The position numbers and the translations under genes are program-made. From NCBI RefSeq assembly GCF_910592395.1, contig NC_088308.1, positions 2,294,001 to 2,358,000 on the forward strand: a stretch of DNA of 64,000 nt, read 5' to 3'. The notes beneath the pieces were generated by a model. That model did no database searches, was not told the origin of the DNA, and saw only the letters and a list, made by a program, of their open reading frames with translations. Positions 55,501 to 64,000 of this stretch are shown in pieces. Origin of the DNA: Lineus longissimus. Lineage: Eukaryota. Position 1 is the stretch's first letter. Every line of letters starts with the position of its first letter.

Positions 55501-58500
55501 TTTAACATATTCAAGCCCTGCTGACTTTTCCAATGTTGTTATTCTCTAAAGAACGGAGGCAAAGACTCCCTTTGGGATATTTTTGGAAAGTTTGAACTCC
55601 AAGAAAGATTCTTGACAAGAAATGAAATGGGGGTGCAATGTGCAGGCAGCTGAAGTACTTGGTCACTTTCATATGAAAACCTCAAAGTCTACAGTTTTGT
55701 TATCTTGGTTTATGACCAGAAACTTCTCAAGGATATCAAACAGACACAGAGTCCGAGATGACAAAGGTTTTCATATGAAACTGCCAAGACAAAGAGTGCC
55801 AGTGCAAACGATAGTAGTGCAAAGATTGCAGAAAAATGAACGCATGTTGTTTGTTATGTGCCGACACTGTGACAGTTATGAATTTTTCCTGGGCACTGTA
55901 TCTTTGCGCTGCACCGGACCACAATGACTGTGATAGTACTAACCATATCATTGATGCTGTTTTCTTCAGCAATGGCGAGTCCAGACGATAACTCTTGCGC
56001 CAATTGCATCAGCTCGCGTTCCATTTTCTGGATCTTGTTCTTGAGCTTGTTGAGTTCACTGTTCATGCCCTGGCCCATCATTTTGACCTTCTGTGACAAG
56101 TGCTTCAATTCTGCAGAATCCCGTGCCACGGCGTGTTCCATCCTTACAGCCTGTGCAGCAGTCAGAGATGGTGCAGATGGGACTGTCGAAACTGTCTTTT
56201 CAGATGGGGCAGTTGGAACTGTCTTTGCAGATGGGACATTCGGACCTGTCTTTGCAGATGGGACATTCGGACCTGTCTTTGCAGATGGGACAGTCGGACC
56301 TGTCTTTGCAGATGGGACAGTCGGACCTGTCTTAGCAGATGGGACAGTCGGACCTGTCTGTGCAGATGGTACTGCCGGTGCAGCTGAGGCGGTTGTCTCA
56401 GATTGGACCATTGTTGCAGATGTGATCGGAGCTGCAGATGTGATCGGATCTGCAGATGTGACTGGAGCTGCAGATGTGATCGGATCTGCAGATGTGTCAA
56501 GAGGTGTTGCAGCTGGGATAGATGGTGCAAATGTGGTCATGTCTGTATCACTAAATATTTCACCACCTAGTCCGGACGTCCGTTGGCTATCGCTGTCGAT
56601 TTGTAGACTCATTTCGCTGAATCCTTTGTCCATACTGCTCATGCTATCGATCACGCTCTGCAAGAGCTGTAGCTGGTCTTCAAGTCCTTCCATTCGTTTT
56701 TGAGTGATGTCAAAAATACCCAAGTTGTCTTCAAGCTGGTCAATACGGTCTTTAAGTGTATTCAAAAGTTGTTTGTCTATGTTGGTAGATAGAGAGGAGC
56801 GCCTGCGCGGCAGGGGTTCATCCTGGAGACAGTGTTAAGAGGCAAAGCATGCAGTTAGGTGCAAAAAAGACAAAAACGTGCCGAGAAAATAAGTGCAAAG
56901 AATTTAACTAAAAATTTGCAAAGGAAGGATATGAAAGCAAGGAACCTCATGTTATGACCGCTTGAAACGGCCATTTAAGTTGTGAAGTGCATCAAAAGTT
57001 ATCACAAACATATTTCTGTAACTTCTAAGGTTAAAAGGAGTGTAGTGTGTAATCTATCTAAATCTTCAGGATGTGAGTATTGTGACTTTGCCACAGAAGG
57101 ATGATGAACACCCTGAACCAGCGAAGGCATTTTAAAAGTTCTGAAAATACCCTTACCTACTGTTCTCCCGCAGGATATGATAGCAAGGACTACTAATTAG
57201 CTGAGGAATAGGATACAATTGCAACTAACTGAGAACAGCACCAATTATAATTTCTGTGAATGAAAATAGGCTTACCCGCTCTCTGAGTCGCATGAGGGCA
57301 TCCAAGTCCTCTTTGATTTTCTCGAGTTGAGCAAGCAAGTCATCTGGTACTCCTGCAAGGACATGAAAATATGTTATGCAGGTTACCTTTATTCAGCATG
57401 CTATACTTCTCACCTTAGAAAAGTAACTTTGCTTCAATTTGATTAACAACAATACACTTGGAAATCAAAAATTGTGCAAGTGATGTTGTTTTGACTCTTG
57501 CTAATCAAGGGACGTTTTGGGCCTGTGGATGTTTAAGGCAATGTCACCAGGCCAGAACGAGAAGCTGTGCTCAACCATGGTGGCACAGCACAAACGTCCA
57601 CAAGAGCAAACACAAAGGAAGAGGAAACACTTTTATACTCACCACCCAAGCCTTCAAGGTCAGACTTATTAGCTTTATTTCCAAGTTCCTCCTGAAAATA
57701 TTTCAAGAACGATGACACCAATTTTACAAAACATTCCGTCAATGACTATTTCAGTATCGAAACCGGTTATTAGTAAATATTCTGAAAATGAATTCATTGT
57801 CATCACAGCCTGGTCTAGCAAGATTTTCATGCCACAATGAGACATGTCTACAGATATTATAACTGAAACTATCGTACCCACCCCTTACCTCAATAATGGT
57901 CACCCTAACTTCCAGAGAGTCGTGTCTTACACCAAGTTTACCTAACTTCTCCAGGATATCTTGAAGTTCCTTCGATGGTGAGGAGGACACTGGCCTTTGC
58001 TGAAAGAAAACAGACAAAGAAAGTTTCAGAGAGAGATCACGATGAGGTTGTGAGTAAAAATGAAACATCTTTCGGTTTCAGACGAAATTTGCGATCTTGC
58101 CTCCAGGCAATTTGGTCTTTAGAAAAAAATGGTGATAATACGCAAATGGAGTTTGTCATCGTGTTGAAATATGTTGAGAAGACAATCTTCAGTCAAAATC
58201 TGTGTGAGCTGTGGCCACTGCAATGAGGGCTGCCCTGAGTTTCTTCTATAGGACAATACACAGAGAGTTTGTGGAAATTTGAAAAGGGATAGTTCAATGT
58301 AATTGTTAGTGAAATTGGTCCAAATAACATTTCAAGTTTTGTTTCTTTTCTCTAAGTTGATTGAGAGACCTTTGGGTATGACGAGGAAGTATCGATTACG
58401 TTTTGACCTAAAGGCATCCACACAGTGCAACACCAAATGGTTTGTTGATCCCAAATGTATAGTCCATACAGGTGGAACACTTCAAATTCGTTACACAGGT

Positions 58501-61500
58501 ATTGCATCAAATTGAAGGTTTCTGACGGTATCCGGTCAGTATCAAGTTCAGCTTGTTAATGTTCAATATACGGGGAACACCCACTATTTGCTGATCCCAA
58601 ACTGGAGGCATTGTTTCTTTGGCCAAACACTGCGAAAGTATAGACTAGAGTGTAGGTCGAACCCAAGATGCTGAGGGTTTTGTCAAATGATAGCTCCACC
58701 TGACCTAAGCTTCTATTTTCATTAAATTGACGGCAACTGGCCCAGACTTTGGTCTTTGCCTTTAGAAATAGTCTTGGAAGGGCCTTTTCATGCCTCATTC
58801 ATCTTTAGGCTTAGGATCATTCTCTGATTCTGGTGGGTGATTGCCACGGATTTAGAAATGACCACAACTGTATGATCATGCAGGAACATGCTTCAAGACC
58901 AGAAACGACATGCAGATGACTTATTACTGATTCCTTTTTTGAAAATGACAAATTGCCATGCAGAATATAGTTCAAGTAAATTGCGGTGAAAGCGAAGTGA
59001 ATAATGAGGGCATAAGAATATCAGAGGGAATGTCAGCCTCATTCAGCAAACTGACCAGGGTGCAATGAGTGCAGCAAGTATGGAAGTCAAACTGAAGTCT
59101 CTTGAAGGGTAAGAATTAAACTCATCAATGACGGCAAAGAAACTAAAAATCTAAATCAGCACCCCAACACCTCACAAACGGATGATAGGGATCATGGATG
59201 GACTGTACTTTACGGTAGCAAACAGGGATATTCTAACAAGCACCCCTAGATGATACAATGATTTCCTCATCCAGAAAGTTGGAGTTGGAGGGGAACTGTG
59301 AATAGGGCTTAGCGAGGATCTCACCTACATGTCCTATTGACTATTGTACTCAATCTTACTTGACAGTTTTATGCATTGGATTCATTAATGAAATTGTTTC
59401 TGATTAAATGACTAGAGGGTCAATCAAACTGGTTTCGATATTGCAATTGATTTGAAAAAGATAATATCAAAAGCAGATAGAAAAAAAAGTGTGGAAACAT
59501 GCAATGTACTTCACGCCTTATGCTCTCAACTATGCTTTGTTTACAGTTGCTAGGCAACAACAGGTGAGATAATAAAAACCCTCCTATTCAACAAATATTG
59601 ATACGAAAAAAGATAAAGCATTTCATTGATAGATAATGTCAATAATATATCCAAATCGATTGTGGTTTTAAAATAATCTATGGTTCATTTTTTTTTTTTT
59701 CCCGATGTCAGAGCCTGTCTGAGCATGCAATGTGATGTGTGTGTATCCTTGTAATATACCAAAAATCTCTATCATCCAGATCACAAATGTCAAGTGTTTT
59801 CAAATTAATTTGCCATTCCAGGTGCACGTTCAACTGATTTCTCTATCGATATGGTATTGTATTTGTCACGTTAGAATGGTGTATCATTATCCTGCAAATG
59901 ATAATCTATCGCTGCAACTATGTAGCCACAATTATTACTTCAATGAGTGACATAAAGATCTCTTATTCCTGCAGGTAAAACCAGAAATCACTAGATTTAA
60001 CATTTATACATGTAGCAGGTCGCAGCATGACCAATTATTAGCTCTCAGTTTAAACATTTTAACACTAACCGATGGTACCTTAATCTACCAGAGGCTCCAG
60101 GATCCAAGTTTTACAATAAATAGCACTTCAACTAGATCAAAAAGCCACTCACAACGATTTACTGATAGGAAATGCCTGAATAAGTTGCCTTCATAATCAT
60201 ACCAATTCTTTATGACGAAAATGAGCTTTTATCTGGATTATCCAGCCCATAGAGACCCCATATTGAACTGTACATAAAGTAATACAGAGATTAAATCAGC
60301 TTAGTCGTATTCAGTTGTGTTCCAATCAAAATTCATAACGCTATCTCAATATATGAACCAGAGGCCCATAAAAACATAGGCGTATGCTGATAAATATAAC
60401 AAAATAATGATCAAGTAGACAGTTTTATAAACAAAAAAATATAGTGTATTATATATGCATCAGTGTGATACATGAGAACACTGGAAAAAGAACAGAGGAA
60501 AATTCTAGTTTTGGATCATTCTGAAACGCACAAATTTATGGAGCAAAGACAGGTAAACCTTAATCAGGAAAGGAGAAAGTCTTACCCATATTAGCTTTTT
60601 CTATCGATTTTAAATGGAATAGAAAAAAACAACTTCTATTAAATGATTTCAACTCAAATGATATCACTGAAGCACAATTAAAAGGGATCAGAGCATGGCG
60701 GGTGAACAAGTGACAGTTACCCAATGCCCAAAGAGGTTGTAAGCATGTTCTAATGCCGAACACACTCCTGTTTGTTAAATGAACACTTTCCATCTGATGA
60801 TGGCAGACTCAAAATCGTGTAATCACGAAAGGCACATCTTCTGGGCAAGGATGGGATAGGATAGGCTAAATTAAAGGAAAAGTTAAACCTTACCCGATGC
60901 TGAGGAACAGAAAGTATGATGATGATAAGTTGGTGAAACAAAAGACATCATACTATGAATTAGACAACAAAGTCTTGAAAAGGAGTTATGAAATTAAGTT
61001 TTCCTAAACCTCAACCAATCGTAGAGATAAATTTTTGGCATGAGCTTGTAATGGGGTTTATCACGAAAATTTAGTCAATCAGAACAAACATTTCATATTT
61101 TGTAGATACAACTAAAATCATGTGTTAATCTCTACAAGAGAATCTTTTAAAACATGCATGGCATGGCCGTTCTTATACTTTGACTCAGTAGGAGTAACCC
61201 TCATTCATTCCAATAACCAAATTCAAGTCATAACTTTCTGTAAATTCTGCAGAAGCACTTTCCCAAAGGCAATTGACCAAAATTGCAAAGATATTTCTTA
61301 TTCATTGTCCGAATCGATCTACAGTGTGGTGATGACCGAATTCACCTTATTTGCCAATCATGTCAAGCTGTGAATTCTAAAGTTTTCAAAAATAATTACA
61401 CCCAAGCTGAGAATGTGTATATATTTTACCATCTTTCGACCACGGGTGGCATTAAAATTGGCATGAACATGATGAATATGTCATGAATTTGCTTAACGAA

Positions 61501-63760
61501 ATGTTGGCAAATAATCGCCCACCTTGCACCAATTGAACTTTATAAAGGGAGACTATAGGCAGGAGCCTGTAAGGTCTCATATTAAGTTAATCTCGCAGTT
61601 GCCAAGATGGGTCTTCTTACACTACATTGAAAATATTTGTGCTCAATGGTTGCTTAGCATGAAAGGATCACCATAATTTTGCGATTCAAATATGGTGACC
61701 CAGATGGGCTATGCCATATATAATAGGCAGTATAAGATTCATAAGCTTGGGGTTATGCCTTTATTTTCTTTGATATGTTTGAGGTGTTTTTGCATAAGTG
61801 TGCAGTGAATACCAAAGAGAATGTTTACGTGATGTCAGAGTGTGCGCACAGCCTGAAATACTAATCAAGGTCATTTTTTTTCTTTTTATTTTATCACTAT
61901 TGTGACAGAAAGGATTTATTCCAAGAATTTAATCAGGTTTCTGATACTACTGATAGCTTTTGCCATAAAACTCAAGAAATTTTAGTACTGACAGTGAGAA
62001 GTTATGACTTTGATATGGTTGTCAGGATAATCAAATCCTGCTCAAGAAGTAGGCTAAAATACATGTCATAGGGAAGTTAAAAGTTGTGTTAAAAACTAAC
62101 ATACATGTATCACGGTATGGTACCCTAAATTTTAACACCTCTTGAAAGGTTTTGATTGTTAGTCAGGCAAACAAGCACCAAGAGTCTCAATAGCCTCTGA
62201 GGTTCTCAGCAATACTGTGTTATCTTGAGGTAAACAATATCTAAACTTGTGTTTTCAAGGCATTTAGAGGCACATTAAAGATTGTCCTAGATTAAATATC
62301 AACGGCATTGGTTTGTGTTCTTAGTTAACACAAAAGATTACAACCAAAACTATAAAAGGTTTTAAAACTTGATGTTAAATATTGGAAACAACGTCACTGT
62401 AAAACCAAAAGCCAAGTTCAGAAATATAAGATCAATCAAACAAAATGGTATATTAGTGCCGACACCTCAAATCAATGACAAACAGAAAATGGTCAATATC
62501 TGGTTTCTTCACAATCTTTCTTTTTTCCCCAACAAGCAAAAACTATGTGATACTTACTGCTTCAGTCTGCATGGCCGCTTCGATCGCCTGGGGAGGTGTC
62601 TTTGGCCGGAGATCCTCTCGGATACCTTTGAGCATCTTCTCGAGGGCCGCCCACGTGACAAACCCATCATAGAATTCTGGTGGTGGGCCGGTGTACTGTT
62701 CTATTTTGGGAATATCTGGTATCTTGATGTTTTCTACTTTATCCTTCATTTCTTTCATCTCATTTTTAATCTTTTCCTGTTAAAGTAGAAAGACAAGTTT
62801 CAAAAGTTGAGTATTTAGAATACCAGACACTGCACAATGCCATGATCAATATTACCAATCAACTTCTAGCTCTAAATTCCAGAACACTTTGGTTGCAATG
62901 TATAGTATCATTTTGTGTGTACATGAATTTTTCCGGTACAACTCATTTTCAGAGCAGAGTTATCATATTAGTCTGCTTGATTGTATTGTAATGCTAATGC
63001 CATGATGAGAGATGTCTGACAGGATTCACTGTCCTGCTAACATCAATACTTACAAACATATCCTCAAGGTCCTTTAGCCGTTTTCTCAGTTCGTTCATCT
63101 CACTGTCCCGATTCTGAAAAATACAAATTATTCGTTCAAAAAACTTGAAAACTGAAAATTTGCTTTGACATGCACTGCAATTTTGTCATGCTGAACAAGT
63201 TAAGAAATGTAATTTGCGGAAGAGAATAATCTGTCCGTGTTCAGTAATTTCAGGGGTCGAATAGAATCAAGGCAATCAGCAGTGGCAGTTATTGATTACA
63301 TTTGCTCTCTGCAACCTTGTCTAACATCACACCATGACATATTTATTGATGTAATACACAGAATAATTGATACTAACTGTAATAGGAAATGGACAATTAG
63401 TGCCTAACTTAGACACTTCCTTCAACAACACGGCTTCTTACAATAGCCAGATCAATAAGCCACACGCCATCACGCTCAGGTAGTTCTGACTTGTGTATCG
63501 ATTTTTAACACGAGGAACTAAGAAAAACTACTTTTTCACACAGCCGCATTTATACCTGCAGACCACATTTTGGGCTACATCCCCACACATTCTAATAGTT
63601 TACATTAGACACTCTAAAATGATTTGAAGCAATGCTGAATGATCTTATGCATTGATTGACCACTTACTGAGTTAGCCTCCTCCAGTTGCTTTTTGAGTGC
63701 TTCATTGACAGCTTTGAGGTCCTGAATTTCCTTCAACAAATCTTCAACCATGGACATGAG
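46538..63760 (-). CDS. QRICH2/C16orf96-like (DUF4795) coiled-coil protein, spliced, 5' end beyond the window
   Basis: In-phase exons: 63668-63760, 63054-63113, 62558-62776, 57889-57999, 57643-57691, 57276-57352, 55944-56822, 52925-53047, 52651-52725, 52167-52277, 51640-51821, 51416-51478, 51054-51155, 48762-48887, 47440-47547, 47155-47193, 46538-46907. Family-like motifs KADK, DDAAGFRK, FHCISCDRP, RPYTTFELEQIRQ, RACGGTHT and ILGADGHIYKGR. Confidence 0.85.
48250..48652. mobile_element. Palindromic MITE-like element with nested hairpins, possibly piggyBac-derived
   Basis: Outer inverted arms at about 48266-48378 and 48533-48650. The left end follows TTAA (48246-48249). A matching right terminus is missing. 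Confidence 0.7.
56170..56495 (-). repeat. Coding minisatellites in the large QRICH2-like exon (27-bp and 18-bp units)
   Basis: About 6-7 copies of PTVPSAKTG (GCAGATGGGACAGTCGGACCTGTCTTT) and about 4 copies of TSA(D/A)P(I/V) (GCAGATGTGATCGGATCT). Confidence 0.9.
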
Positions 63761-64000
63761 CTGAAAAGAAATTCATAACCGATTTTCTACACTGGACGGT
63801 GAAGGTATTGGGGCTCCGCTCAAGCCTGGCTGAATCTGCACAGGGAACATCTTCATTAAGGTGGTTAACTATCAGGATCTTTTGAGTGACAACCATACGG
63901 ACACCCACACAAAATAGACAAGACTTAGAAATACAAACAAACTGCACATTTCAATCTTTGAATGTAGCATTATGTAGTTTGGGTAATAAACTTTATTAAG

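Noticed and set aside
55924..56703. 259-aa + strand ORF
   Set aside because: It is the antisense shadow of the repeat-rich QRICH2-like exon.

Overview
Intron-rich animal (invertebrate-like) genomic DNA with four spliced protein genes that I assembled by hand from GT-AG boundaries. (1) A USP31/USP43-family deubiquitinase on the - strand that runs off the left edge. (2) An MGMT alkyltransferase on the + strand, head-to-head with the USP gene. (3) A divergent PP1-type Ser/Thr phosphatase catalytic subunit on the - strand. (4) A QRICH2/C16orf96 (DUF4795)-like coiled-coil gene on the - strand that enters from the right edge. An intact, very young BEL/Pao LTR retrotransposon (18011-25248; 722-bp LTRs, ACAAG target-site duplication, one 1865-aa ORF, no canonical primer-binding site) sits about 20 bp from a splice acceptor in the phosphatase 5'-UTR intron. 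The most unusual structure is a ~15.2-kb tandem array (28517-43693) of twelve ~1268-bp units with a higher-order pattern. Each unit carries a tRNA-Arg(ACG)-like Pol III cassette (A box, B box, oligo-T terminator) that cannot fold as a working tRNA. Several MITE-like elements and short duplications are also present. All coordinates were read by eye and no database searches were run.
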